Assembly (NCBI RefSeq): GCF_007748075.1
Contig: NZ_CP036280.1
Location: 2,820,001-2,852,000 of the forward strand
Direction of reading: 5' to 3'
Source: Mucisphaera calidilacus
GTDB taxonomy: Bacteria > Planctomycetota > Phycisphaerae > Phycisphaerales > Phycisphaeraceae
DNA length: 32,000 nt
Below are positions 1 to 9,244 of the stretch, in pieces. Position 1 is the first letter of the stretch, and every line of letters begins with the position of its first letter. Under the pieces are notes generated by a model. The model saw only the letters and a program-made list of their open reading frames with translations, was not told where the DNA came from and searched no databases. The translations under genes and the position numbers were made by a program.

Positions 1-400
1 CTTTGTCCTCATCGTCGTCGTCAACCTCTTCGGTGTCGGCGTCGTAGTAAACGAGTTTGGTGATCTCGATGAGCGTGCCGGCGGGCAGGGTTCCCCTGAA
101 GTGATCGAAGCTGTCGGGGTCCTGTTCATAAAGGGCGAGCACGTCGGGTTCGTCGGGTCGCGTGCTGAAACCGACGAGGTGGATCGGCCCGTTCCAGCCC
201 TCGGGCTTGGTCATGAGCAGCGGCTCGAGTGTCTTGTAAGTCTCGCCGGGGACGTAGCCGACCCGGAAGGCGGTCTCCTCGGAGACGTTGTCGCCGATGT
301 CGCCATTGAAACGCGGGACCCAGCGCCACGCGTCGCCCGAGGAACAGGCGGTCAGCGTCAGCATGATGAGGGCAAGGGCGAGGGGGGTGAGCGTGCGCAC
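1..400 (-). CDS. Putative lipoprotein of unknown function. Only the N-terminal 133 codons are visible; the gene runs off the left edge.
   Basis: Not in the ORF track, because it has a GTG start and no stop inside the window. Minus-strand GTG at 398-400 has AGGAG 7 nt upstream. Translation VRTLTPLALALIMLTLTACSSGDAWRW... shows a signal peptide with lipobox L-T-A-C. The frame stays open by manual translation down to position 2, with an acidic stretch (EEVDDDDEDK) at the edge. Confidence 0.55.
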   Translation of the reverse strand, partial: MRTLTPLALALIMLTLTACSSGDAWRWVPRFNGDIGDNVSEETAFRVGYVPGETYKTLEPLLMTKPEGWNGPIHLVGFSTRPDEPDVLALYEQDPDSFDHFRGTLPAGTLIEITKLVYYDADTEEVDDDDEDK

Positions 401-456
401 GTCGTGGCTCCTGATAATCGGTGTGAGACGTAGTTTAATGGATGCCGGCCCGCGGG

Positions 457-1869
457 TCAGACGTCGAAATACATGCAGAATTCGTAGGGATGCGGGCGTT
501 GGCGGAGGGCGTCGATCTCGTTCTCACGCTTGTAACGAATCCAGTAGTGGATGACGTCCTGCGTAAAGACGTCGCCCTCGAGCAGGTAGTCGTGGTCTTC
601 CTCGAGCGCGACCAGTGCCGATTCGAGGTCGGCGGGAGCCCGGTCCAGGTTTTCGGTGGTCTCGGGCTCGAGGTCGTAGATGTTGCGGTCGAGCGGTTCG
701 CCGGGGTCGATCTTATTCTTGATCCCATCGATCGCGGCCATCGTGATGGCGGCGAAGGCCAGGTAGGGGTTGGCGGAGGAATCGGGGCAGCGGAACTCGA
801 TGCGTTTGGACCCGGGTTTGTTGTGATAGACGGGGATGCGGATGGCGGCGGACCGATTGCGTGAGGAGTAGCAGAGGTGAACCGGTGCCTCGTAGCCCGG
901 GACGAGCCGCTTGAAGGAGTTGGTCGTCGGGTTGGTGAGGGCGAGCAGAGAGTGGGCGTGCCGGAGGATCCCGCCGACGGCGTAGAGGGCCATCTGGGAG
1001 AGGCCGGCGTAGCGTGGCCCTGCGAAGAGCGGCTTGCCCGACTTCCAGAGCGAGAAGTGGGTGTGCATGCCCGATCCGTTGTCGCCCCAGAGCGGCTTGG
1101 GCATGAAGGTCGCCACGCGGCCGTGCCGAGCCGCCACCTGCTTGACGATGTACTTGTACATCATGCACATGTCGGCCATACGCAGCAGGGGCGCATACTG
1201 CAGGTCGATCTCGGCCTGACCGCCGGTCGCCACCTCGTGGTGGTGGGCCTCGATCGGGAGTCCCATCTGCTTCATGACCGACGCCATCTCCGAACGCAGA
1301 TCGGTCATGGAGTCCATCGGCGGGATGGGGAAGTAGCCTTCGCGCTGTCGGACCTGGTAACCGAGATTGGCCGGGTCTTTCGAGCCGCGGTTCCAGATAC
1401 CCTCGACCGAATCGACGGCGTAGGTCGCGGTGTTGACCCGCTGGTCGTAGTGAACGCTGTCGAAGACAAAGAACTCGAGCTCGGGCCCGAACATGGCGTG
1501 GTCGGCGAGTTTGGATTGCTTGAGGTAGACCTCCGCCTTCTTGGCGATGGATCGAGGGTCACGTGAATACTGCTTGCGAGTGACCGGATCCTTGATGTCG
1601 CAGATGATCGCCAGAGTGGGGCGGTCGAGAAATGGGTCGCGGTGCGCCGTGTCGGCTACCGGGACCAGGAGCATGTCCGACTCGTTGATCGCCTGCCAGC
1701 CGCGGATGGAGGAGCCGTCAAAACCGAAGCCGGTTTCAAAAGCTTCCTCGTTGAGTTGCTCGGCGTCGTAGGTGACGTGCTGCCAGAGCCCCGGGAAATC
1801 CATAAAGCGGCAGTCGACGTACTCGATGCCCTCTTTCTTGATCAGCGCGATGACCTGCTTGGGTGTCAT
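457..1869 (-). CDS. glnA: Glutamine synthetase, type I
   Basis: ORF 457..2022(-) trimmed to the ATG at 1867-1869 (MTPKQVIALIKKEGIEYVDCRFMDFPG...), with GGAG 5 nt upstream; 470 aa. It resembles GSI over the whole length, including EFFVFD, the GSGMHTHFSLW region, NPYLAFAAITMAAIDGI and the RNIYDL Tyr loop. The 51-codon upstream extension in the track is R/P/A-rich and overlaps the preceding gene. Confidence 0.95.
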   Translation of the reverse strand: MTPKQVIALIKKEGIEYVDCRFMDFPGLWQHVTYDAEQLNEEAFETGFGFDGSSIRGWQAINESDMLLVPVADTAHRDPFLDRPTLAIICDIKDPVTRKQYSRDPRSIAKKAEVYLKQSKLADHAMFGPELEFFVFDSVHYDQRVNTATYAVDSVEGIWNRGSKDPANLGYQVRQREGYFPIPPMDSMTDLRSEMASVMKQMGLPIEAHHHEVATGGQAEIDLQYAPLLRMADMCMMYKYIVKQVAARHGRVATFMPKPLWGDNGSGMHTHFSLWKSGKPLFAGPRYAGLSQMALYAVGGILRHAHSLLALTNPTTNSFKRLVPGYEAPVHLCYSSRNRSAAIRIPVYHNKPGSKRIEFRCPDSSANPYLAFAAITMAAIDGIKNKIDPGEPLDRNIYDLEPETTENLDRAPADLESALVALEEDHDYLLEGDVFTQDVIHYWIRYKRENEIDALRQRPHPYEFCMYFDV

Positions 1870-1889
1870 AGGATCTCCGTGCGTTGGGA

Positions 1890-3266
1890 TCAGTGGCCCT
1901 GGGCTTCCTCGCCGAGACGCGGCTTGAGTTCGCCGAGCAGCGAAGCAAGGGCTTCGGGATCGCGGGCCTCGGCGTTCAGGCGGAGCAGCGGCTCGGTGTT
2001 GGAAGCGCGGACGTTGAACCACCAGCCCTTGTTCTCGAAGGCATCGATCGAGACGCCGTCGAGTTCGTCGATGACCGCGCCCTCGGCGTAGTCCGATTTC
2101 AGGGCGGCGAGGACGGATTCCTTGTCCTCGGTACGGAAGTTGATCTCGCCCGACTGCGGGTACTTCTTGAGGGGGTTGATGATCGAGGAGAGAGGCTGGT
2201 CCGTCTCGGCGAGAACGCCCAACGCAACCGCGAGCAGGATCGCGCCCGAGTCGGCGAAGCTGTTATCGCGGAAGTAGAAGTGCCCCGACAGTTCGCCGCC
2301 AAAGACGCCGCCTGTTTCGCGGAGCAGGGCCTTCATGAAGACGTGGCCAACGCGCGACTTGGCGGGCGTGCCGCCGAGCGACTTGATGGTCTCCTCGACA
2401 ACCTTGCTCGAACGGAGGTCGTAGATGATGGTCGATCCGGGGTCCTGCTTAAGGAAGTGTGACGCGAGCCAGGCCGTCAGGTGGTCGCAGCCGATGATCG
2501 ATCCCTGCTCATCGACGAGCATGCAGCGGTCGGCGTCGCCATCGAAGCAGGCGCCGAGGTGGGCCGCGTTCTGACGGACACCCTCCTGCGTCGGCACCAT
2601 GTTCTCGGCGACCAGCGGGTTGGGGTCGTGGACGAACGACCCGGTGATCTCGAAGTTGAGCTTGATGACTTCAAGATTCTCCACGCCGTCAAAGACCTGC
2701 GGCACGAGCTTGCCGGCCATGCCGTTGGAGGCATCAACGTAGAGCTTGAGCGGTCGGTTGAGCGTGGGGAGGAACGTGTGGATGTGCTTGCGATAGTCGT
2801 CCCAGAGGTCGAGTTCTTCGAGTGAGCCGGTGGCTTCCCGCTTCGAGCCCCAGGCGTCGGACGCGAGCTGCTCGATCTCCTTGAGTCCCGTGGTAGCGCC
2901 GATCGGGCGTGCGCCTTTGCCCGAGATCTTGAAGCCGTTGTACTGAACAGGATTGTGTGACGCGGTCGTCTGGATGCCGCCAACGGCGTCGAGGTGCGGG
3001 ATCGCGAAGTAGAGGAAGGAGGTGTCGGCCATGCCCAGGTCGATGACGTCCATGCCCGAGGCCCGGATGCCGTGGATCAAAGCCGCGGCGAGTTTGGGCG
3101 AGTGAGGGCGCATGTCACGCGAGACGAGGATCTTGCCCGGCCCGTCGTTCTCCTTCTGCAGGAACTGACCGGCACCGAAGCCGACGCAGTAGGCCGCGTC
3201 CTCGTTGAGCGGGTCGGGGTGGGTAGCACGGACGTCGTAGGCCTTGAAAATCTTGGGGAGCATCAC
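1890..3266 (-). CDS. Phosphomannomutase/phosphoglucomutase (alpha-D-phosphohexomutase family)
   Basis: 458 aa. Active-site phosphoserine loop TASHNP, metal-binding loop FDGDADRC, GGELSGH sugar-binding loop, and typical four-domain length. Only 20 nt separate its stop from the glnA start on the same strand. Confidence 0.9.
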   Translation of the reverse strand: MMLPKIFKAYDVRATHPDPLNEDAAYCVGFGAGQFLQKENDGPGKILVSRDMRPHSPKLAAALIHGIRASGMDVIDLGMADTSFLYFAIPHLDAVGGIQTTASHNPVQYNGFKISGKGARPIGATTGLKEIEQLASDAWGSKREATGSLEELDLWDDYRKHIHTFLPTLNRPLKLYVDASNGMAGKLVPQVFDGVENLEVIKLNFEITGSFVHDPNPLVAENMVPTQEGVRQNAAHLGACFDGDADRCMLVDEQGSIIGCDHLTAWLASHFLKQDPGSTIIYDLRSSKVVEETIKSLGGTPAKSRVGHVFMKALLRETGGVFGGELSGHFYFRDNSFADSGAILLAVALGVLAETDQPLSSIINPLKKYPQSGEINFRTEDKESVLAALKSDYAEGAVIDELDGVSIDAFENKGWWFNVRASNTEPLLRLNAEARDPEALASLLGELKPRLGEEAQGH

Positions 3267-3407
3267 ATCTCTCGCGTGCGGGGATATTGGAGCATATGGA
3301 CAGGCCCCGATGATATATCAAGCCGAGCGCTGGAGGCGGGGGTAGCACGATGGCTGCCTGATGACGCAGGACGGGTGTCGGGTGGGGTCAGGCGTTAGAC
3401 TTGGTGC

Positions 3408-6356
3408 ATGTTGAGATGGCTGACGATTGGCGGCGCGACGGCGGTCGCCCTGGTGTTCCTCGTGCTGGCGTTCCAAGGCGGGCCCGAGATCGTGGAGCCT
3501 GAGGGACCGAGCGAGCCGGTGGCACTGCCTCAGGGCTGGCAGCAGCAGGAGGCGACTGATCCGGGTTCGCTGCGAGAAGCAACGCTCGAGGGCGGCTCGA
3601 TCTTCCTCGCCGAGCAGAAGACATGGGTGACCTGGAGTTCCATGCGTCCGGAGCCGGATGGGGTCTTTGACATCGACCGGCCTCGGGCACGCACGGCCGT
3701 CGGCGACGGCGCTGTGCTGGAGATCGTCGCTGACTCAGGCCGCTTTCTGGTGCCCGACCGCCAACCGAGGAGCGGGTCTTTCCGCGGGAACGTGCTCATC
3801 AACCTCTATCGGGGCCGAAACGGCCTCCCGCCGCGCTACGGCGAGGATGTGGACGTCATCGGGCGTGCCTATCTCGATGAGGTGCGGTTCGACCTGGAAC
3901 TGGGGATGCTCGAGACCTCGGGCCCGCTGCACATGACCGGCCCGATGTTCGACTTCCGGGGCGAGGGGCTGCTGGTCCGCTTCAACCAGCGTGCGAATCG
4001 GCTTGAGGAGCTCAGGGTCGACCGTGGGGAGGGACTGCGTCTGAAACTCGATGGTGTGGCCTCGACGGCTCCCGATCGTCCCCGAGCGGAGCGCGATGGG
4101 ACAGGCCCCGAAGACGCTGTGCAAACGACCGATGGACAGCTCTACGCGATGCTGGTCGATGGCGGGATCCGCGGGCTGGTGCGTGGCGACGAGGCCGTGC
4201 TGACGGGCGAGCGGATCGAGGTCCTCTACCGCACGCGTGGCGACGGGGGCGGCGGCGGCGCCGACCTGGCGACACTGGATCGCGACGGCACCGATTCAGG
4301 CACCGAGAGCAGCACCGATGCGTCTGTCGTGGCGGGAGCGGGGCGATCTCTCTGCCCGATCGCGGCGGACGACACCATCGTTACCTGGACCGGTGCGCTT
4401 GTGGTCCGCCCGGCGCAGGAGGAGGCGGTGTTTGCCCGTGTGCCGGCCGGCCAACTGGTCGGGCGTCTGGTGGGTGCCCCCTCGACGCTGATCGCGGATT
4501 CGGTGGAGGTGCTCGCCGGGGCGATCGGTTTCAGCAGTGAGCGAACCGAGTTGTGGGCCGAGTCGCTCGTGGAGAACGAGCCGGTGCGGCTGACCTCGGG
4601 CGACGCGGGCGTTGTGATCGCCCAGCGGATGAGCTACACGATCCCGGCACGCGAGGCGGCGTTCGTCGGCCCGGGAGTCTGGGAGGCGGCGGAGGGCAGC
4701 GCCCGGGGCGGGGCCAAAGACCTTGTCTGGTCCGACGCGATGCGTTTTCGGCTCAGTGATGCGAGCGGCAAGAACCACGTACTGGGCCGTGTGCTGGAGG
4801 CCGAGGTCCGTGGCGCTGTGTCGGCGACGCACGTGGACGGGCATCTGGAAGCAGAGCGTCTGTCGCTGGTGCGACTCGATGATGCCAGCGCCGCGGTGCT
4901 GGCCGAGGGCGGGCTGATCGGCAGCTATGCGCCACAGACTGAAGACGCAGCGCTGCGTTCCGAGCCGGTACGGCTGGTGTCGGAGTCGGCGGAACTGATG
5001 CTCCAGGCCTTCGAAGACCGCCTCGACCCGACACGGCTGCGTGCGCGTGGCGATGCGAAGCTGGTGCAGGGCAGAACCATGGTGTCCGGCGAGACGCTGA
5101 CCGGCGAGCTGGTGCGTGAAGAAGCCGGCATGGTGCTCGAACGCTTCACGGCACTGGACGAGGTGAGCGCACGCGACGGCACACGCGGCGTGGACCTGAC
5201 CGGTGATCGCCTCGAAATCCTCCCCGCCGCGGGCGAGGCAAGGCTGTTCGGCGGGTTCGATCGTGATCAGTGGGCCACCGTACAGCAGGCGCAGAGCGCT
5301 CTGCACGGCTCGGAGATCGTCGTCGTGAACGCCGGGGACGTCGTCTCGGTTGAGGGCGCGGGGCGTGTTGAACACTTGATCCCGGGGTTTGATCCCGATG
5401 CAGAGCCGGTCGCCGACCCGCTGCTGCCGGGGCTGGAAGTACGCGACCGACGCGAGATGCTGAACATCCCCGACACCCTCATCGAGATCGACTGGCTCGG
5501 CGGGATGACGTTCAACCGCCCGAGTGGCTGGGCCCGAGCGACCGGAGGCGTGCGCGGCACCTACGTCAAGGGCAGCGAGTCCGGACGGGCCTCGGGGCAG
5601 GAATTACGTGTTGAACTCGACCGTCAGCCCCGGCAGGGGACGATGGCCTTTGCGCTCGAGGGCGCCGACGCGGGAGTCCGGGCGCTGCTGCTCTCGGGTG
5701 ATGCCGAACTGGCCTGGGGGCGTGAGGATGCCGAGGCAGGCGACACGTCGGTCACCCTGAACGGACCGTCGATCGCCTACGACCGTCCGTCGGCCGAAGC
5801 CGCCGTCCTCGGAGCGGGCTGGCTGCTCTACGAGGGTCGGGGCGAGGTCATGCTGACTGGCCAATCCGAGGCCACGGGCATGATCCCCACGGGCGACGGG
5901 CCGCAGAAGGGTTTCATGCAGTGGCATGAGGTGCTGACGATGGACCTGTCGACCGGCCGCGCAACGGCATCGGGTGGCGTCGAGATGATCTACGAAACGG
6001 ACGAAAACGAACCCTCGGTCTACCTCGACGCCGAGCGTGCGACCGCGGTCTTCGAGGGCGTGACGCCGGGCGACGCGGCCCAGGCTCGTCTCGTCTCGGT
6101 CGAAGCTCTCGAAAGGGTTCAGGTCGTGCGCGAAGACCGGCTGATCACCGCCGACGGCTTGAAGTTTGATGTCGTCCAGAGCATGGTCGAGCTCTGGGCC
6201 GACGACGGCGGGCTGGTTCGTCAGGCCAGCGAGCAGGACATCACCGGGCTGGCCGCCCGACGCGTCCGCTGGTACCTCGACCGCGACGAGATTGATATCC
6301 TCCGTCCCGCACCGGTCGTCGTGCCGATGGGCAATGAGCGATTCCAGCGGCGCTGA
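3408..6356 (+). CDS. Large membrane-anchored protein of unknown function with possible OstA/LptA-like beta-jellyroll repeats
   Basis: 982-aa ORF with good coding character (GC3-rich, acidic/Gly/Val-rich). N-terminal hydrophobic anchor LTIGGATAVALVFLVLAF. Recurring segments have the pattern A-x-G-[DN]-[AV]-x-[LV]-x-x-G, then a short stretch, then an [AG]-[DE]-x-[LI] motif (e.g. RGNVLINLYRG, ARGDAKLVQGRTMVSGETLTGEL, LTGDRLEILPAAGEARLFGG, ASGGVEMIYE...LDAERATAVFEG, VVREDRLITADGLKFD). These resemble OstA_N/LptA/LptC repeats. The family assignment rests on motifs only. Confidence 0.8.
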   Translation: MLRWLTIGGATAVALVFLVLAFQGGPEIVEPEGPSEPVALPQGWQQQEATDPGSLREATLEGGSIFLAEQKTWVTWSSMRPEPDGVFDIDRPRARTAVGDGAVLEIVADSGRFLVPDRQPRSGSFRGNVLINLYRGRNGLPPRYGEDVDVIGRAYLDEVRFDLELGMLETSGPLHMTGPMFDFRGEGLLVRFNQRANRLEELRVDRGEGLRLKLDGVASTAPDRPRAERDGTGPEDAVQTTDGQLYAMLVDGGIRGLVRGDEAVLTGERIEVLYRTRGDGGGGGADLATLDRDGTDSGTESSTDASVVAGAGRSLCPIAADDTIVTWTGALVVRPAQEEAVFARVPAGQLVGRLVGAPSTLIADSVEVLAGAIGFSSERTELWAESLVENEPVRLTSGDAGVVIAQRMSYTIPAREAAFVGPGVWEAAEGSARGGAKDLVWSDAMRFRLSDASGKNHVLGRVLEAEVRGAVSATHVDGHLEAERLSLVRLDDASAAVLAEGGLIGSYAPQTEDAALRSEPVRLVSESAELMLQAFEDRLDPTRLRARGDAKLVQGRTMVSGETLTGELVREEAGMVLERFTALDEVSARDGTRGVDLTGDRLEILPAAGEARLFGGFDRDQWATVQQAQSALHGSEIVVVNAGDVVSVEGAGRVEHLIPGFDPDAEPVADPLLPGLEVRDRREMLNIPDTLIEIDWLGGMTFNRPSGWARATGGVRGTYVKGSESGRASGQELRVELDRQPRQGTMAFALEGADAGVRALLLSGDAELAWGREDAEAGDTSVTLNGPSIAYDRPSAEAAVLGAGWLLYEGRGEVMLTGQSEATGMIPTGDGPQKGFMQWHEVLTMDLSTGRATASGGVEMIYETDENEPSVYLDAERATAVFEGVTPGDAAQARLVSVEALERVQVVREDRLITADGLKFDVVQSMVELWADDGGLVRQASEQDITGLAARRVRWYLDRDEIDILRPAPVVVPMGNERFQRR

Positions 6357-7937
6357 TCACCCCTTCGGCGGCTGATAGCGTGGATAGAGAGGATCGCCCT
6401 GCGCGAGCGTGTCACCGGGCATCAGGCCACCCCACGACGTCCAGTTGTCAAGATCGCCCCCACCGGTCTCGATCTCTGCGGCGTAGCTCTGACTGTTGAA
6501 TCGCTGCCAGAGTTCGGCCACCTGGTTCGGGAGGACGGGCGCGAGGTTCAGCGACGCGATGCGCAGCGCCTCGGCACACCGGCCGAGGATCGCACCGACC
6601 TCGGGGAGCTTCTCTTCCTGCTTGGCCAGCTTGAACGGCGCGGTGCGCTCGATGAACGCGTCGATCTCCTGCACCAGTGCCAGCGGGCCGTTGCCGAGCG
6701 CATCGGCCAGACGAAGCTGATTGATGTTCTCGTGGTAGCTCGCGGTGGTCTTCTCGGCCGCTTCCTTGAGCACGTCATCAAAGGCGACGTCCTCGGGCAG
6801 CGTGCCGTCAAAATACTTGTGGAGCATCTTGGTCACGCGTGAGGTCGAGTTGCCGAACGTGTTGGCAAGGTCCTGGTTGTAGGCCTCCACGAAGGCGTCG
6901 TGGGCGAAGTCGGCATCGGTCGTGCCCATCGGCCCGTAACGGGTCAGGAACCAACGCAAGGCGTCCAGCCCGAAGGTCTCGACGTAGTAATCGATCTTCT
7001 CCAGATCGATGAAGTTGCCCAGCGACTTGGACATCTTGCGCCCCTCGGCGATCCACCACGAGTGGGCGTAGATCTGCCTGGGGAGCGCGACCCAGTCGTA
7101 GCCCTCACACTTGCTCAGCGCGAGCAGCACCGCCGGCCAGATGGCCGCGTGGAACCAGAGGATGTCCTTGGCGATCAGGTGCACGTCGGCGGGCCAGTAG
7201 TGACGGCGCTCGGGCGTGTCCACGGTCGTCAGGTAATTGAAGAGCGCATCGATCCAGACGTAGATCGTCTGGCTGTCGTCGCCCGGGACCTTGATGCCCC
7301 AACCCTCCATGCCGGTGCGCGAGATGGGGACGTCCTCGGCCTCGGCGATGCGGTTGAGGATCTCGTTGCGACGCGCGTCGGGCTGGACAAAGGTCGGGTT
7401 GGCGTTGAAGTGGTCGATGAGTTGTTGGCGGTAGGCCGACAGGCGGAAGAAGTAGTTCTTCTCGGTCTTGCGGACCAGCGGCTTGCCGGAGATCGCCGAC
7501 TTGAAGTCGTTCTCCTTCGCCTTGTTCTCGGGAACGTACTCCTCCTCGCCGGCGTCGTACCAGCCCTCGTAGGTGCCCTCGTAGACGTCGCCCGAATTCA
7601 GCAGCGCGGTGACATACTCGCTGACCTTCTGCTTGTGGCGGTCCTGCGAGGTGCGGATGAAGTCGTCGTGGGTCATGCCGAGTCGGCGGAAGGTGGTCTC
7701 GAACGCCTCGGCGTTCCGGTCGGCCCACTGCTGAGGCGTGAGGTCGCGCTCGGCCGCCGCGTCGACGACCTTCGCGGCGTGCTCGTCGGTCCCGGTCAGG
7801 AAGAAGACGTCGTCGCCGCGCATCCGGTGGTAGCGGGCCAGAACGTCGGCGATCGTGGTGGTGTAGACGTGGCCGATGTGCGGTCGGTCGTTGACGTAGT
7901 AGATCGGGGTTGTGACGTAGAAGGTGGGCTTGGTCAT
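6357..7937 (-). CDS. metG: Methionine--tRNA ligase
   Basis: 526 aa. The N-terminus TPIYYVNDRPHIGHVYTT carries the HIGH-class motif, and GRKMSKSLGN carries KMSKS. The anticodon-binding helical C-terminal part is present. There is no appended Trbp111-like C-terminal domain. Confidence 0.95.
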   Translation of the reverse strand: MTKPTFYVTTPIYYVNDRPHIGHVYTTTIADVLARYHRMRGDDVFFLTGTDEHAAKVVDAAAERDLTPQQWADRNAEAFETTFRRLGMTHDDFIRTSQDRHKQKVSEYVTALLNSGDVYEGTYEGWYDAGEEEYVPENKAKENDFKSAISGKPLVRKTEKNYFFRLSAYRQQLIDHFNANPTFVQPDARRNEILNRIAEAEDVPISRTGMEGWGIKVPGDDSQTIYVWIDALFNYLTTVDTPERRHYWPADVHLIAKDILWFHAAIWPAVLLALSKCEGYDWVALPRQIYAHSWWIAEGRKMSKSLGNFIDLEKIDYYVETFGLDALRWFLTRYGPMGTTDADFAHDAFVEAYNQDLANTFGNSTSRVTKMLHKYFDGTLPEDVAFDDVLKEAAEKTTASYHENINQLRLADALGNGPLALVQEIDAFIERTAPFKLAKQEEKLPEVGAILGRCAEALRIASLNLAPVLPNQVAELWQRFNSQSYAAEIETGGGDLDNWTSWGGLMPGDTLAQGDPLYPRYQPPKG

Positions 7938-7990
7938 GGTTCAGCTGGCCGGTGTGCGGAAAACCTCGCCATCGGCGAGAATCGGGGTCT

Positions 7991-9244
7991 ATGGGACTTC
8001 TTCTGGACGCAGTGTATGGGATGGGGTTGCTGGTGGCGTCGCCGAAGCTCCTCGGCGGCCGAAAGGGTAAGGGCCCCTTCGACTGGTCCGGACGGATGGG
8101 CAAGGGGCATCGCCTGCCGGATAAGACGGGCAAACGAGTCCTGATCCACGCGGTCAGCCTCGGCGAGGTCAACCTCATCCGGATGCTCGTCGATCAACTC
8201 GAAGCTCATCAGATCGACGTCGTGGTCGCTTCAACCACCAACACCGGCTACGACCGGGCCGTCAGACTCTTCGGCAGCGAGCGTGTCGTCCGTTACCCCT
8301 TCGACTTCACCTGGGCCGTTGAGCGCGTGCTGGACCGCGTCAACCCCGACCTTGTGGTGACCGCCGAACTCGAGGTCTGGCCGAACCTGATCGAGCGGTG
8401 CCATCGGCGTGGCATCGGCGTCGCGGTGGTCAACGGCCGGCTCAGCGCACCCAGCTTTCGGGGCTACCAGAAATTGAGATTCGCGCTGCGTCAATCCTTC
8501 GCTCGACTCGCTGCCGTGGGTGCCCAGACACAGGCCTACGCCGACCGCTTCGTGGCCATGGGCGTGCCCCCCGAGCGCGTGTCGGTGCTGGACACCATGA
8601 AGTGGGACACCGCGAACGTCGCGGACCACGTCGCGGGGGCGGACGAACTCGCCAGCGAACTGGGCCTCGACCGGTCGCGGCCGATCGTGGTGCTTGGCTC
8701 GACGGGCGTTGATGAGGAACGGGTGTTAGTCGATGCGATCCAGTTGGCGAAGCCAGGCGTGCAGATCGTCATCGTGCCCCGCAAGCCCGAGCGTTTCGAT
8801 GAGGTCGCAGAACAGTTCCCGGGGGTCGTCAGGCGGAGCACGGGCGAGCCGGGGCAGGGCCCGCTCTACCTGCTCGACACGCTGGGCGAACTGCGGCGTG
8901 CGTATGCCTTCGCGGACGTGGTGGTCGTCGGCCGGAGTTTCAACGGCTGGGGTGGGTCGGACCCCATCGAGCCGGTCGCCATCGGCAAGCTCGTGGTCAT
9001 GGGGCCCGATGTTCACAACTTTCAGGAAGTCGTCGATGCTCTGGTGGAGTGCGACGGGATGCGTGTCGTGCCGTCGCCCGCGGAGGCGGGCAGGGTGGTC
9101 GCCGAATGGCTCGCAGTTCCCGAATCCTCGGCCGCGATGGCAGACGCCGGGCGTCGGGTTATCCTGTCCCGACAGGGTGCGACGTCTCGTTACGTGGCGA
9201 TGATTCAGGCCCTGCTCACGGAGAACGCACAGGCGGGATTGTGA
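7991..9244 (+). CDS. waaA: 3-deoxy-D-manno-octulosonic acid (Kdo) transferase
   Basis: The ORF opens at 7952. I prefer the ATG at 7991 (MGLLLDAVYGMGLLVASP...), which leaves 53 nt rather than 14 nt to divergent metG. Family hallmarks are RVLIHAVSLGEVNLIRMLV (the HAVSxGE motif), VVNGRLS and a C-terminal GT-B half. Confidence 0.85.
   Translation: MGLLLDAVYGMGLLVASPKLLGGRKGKGPFDWSGRMGKGHRLPDKTGKRVLIHAVSLGEVNLIRMLVDQLEAHQIDVVVASTTNTGYDRAVRLFGSERVVRYPFDFTWAVERVLDRVNPDLVVTAELEVWPNLIERCHRRGIGVAVVNGRLSAPSFRGYQKLRFALRQSFARLAAVGAQTQAYADRFVAMGVPPERVSVLDTMKWDTANVADHVAGADELASELGLDRSRPIVVLGSTGVDEERVLVDAIQLAKPGVQIVIVPRKPERFDEVAEQFPGVVRRSTGEPGQGPLYLLDTLGELRRAYAFADVVVVGRSFNGWGGSDPIEPVAIGKLVVMGPDVHNFQEVVDALVECDGMRVVPSPAEAGRVVAEWLAVPESSAAMADAGRRVILSRQGATSRYVAMIQALLTENAQAGL

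Noticed and set aside
101-433. 110-aa plus-strand ORF at the left edge
   Set aside because: It lies antisense to an open minus-strand frame that has an SD, a GTG start and a signal peptide/lipobox. The plus-strand translation has no features and a shadow-ORF composition.
1870-2022. N-terminal extensions of glnA (51 codons). Analogous extensions exist for proB (9049-9243), guaA (15281-15394), the response regulator (25766-25909) and the PEP-CTERM gene (28007-28099).
   Set aside because: The extensions are Arg/Pro/Gly-rich, overlap neighbouring genes or repeats, and precede internal starts. Those internal starts have SD-like sequences and give canonical family N-termini.
4240-4265. GGC/GGG-rich microsatellite-like run encoding GDGGGGGAD, considered as a slipped-strand phase-variation tract
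   Set aside because: It has only about 4 imperfect GGC units, is in frame, and sits in a linker region. It is too short and irregular to support a phase-variation claim.
4296-5375. Long antisense ORF (359 aa, minus strand) inside the 982-aa gene. Similar long ORFs are 6900..8144(+), 7105..8178(-), 9250..10383(-), 14401..15354(+), 15269..16579(-), 18080..19441(+), 28253..29101(-) and 30417..31586(+).
   Set aside because: These are shadow ORFs typical of high-GC DNA. Their translations are Arg/Pro/Gly/Ala/His-rich with no recognisable motifs. Each lies opposite, or out of frame to, a gene with clear family signatures.
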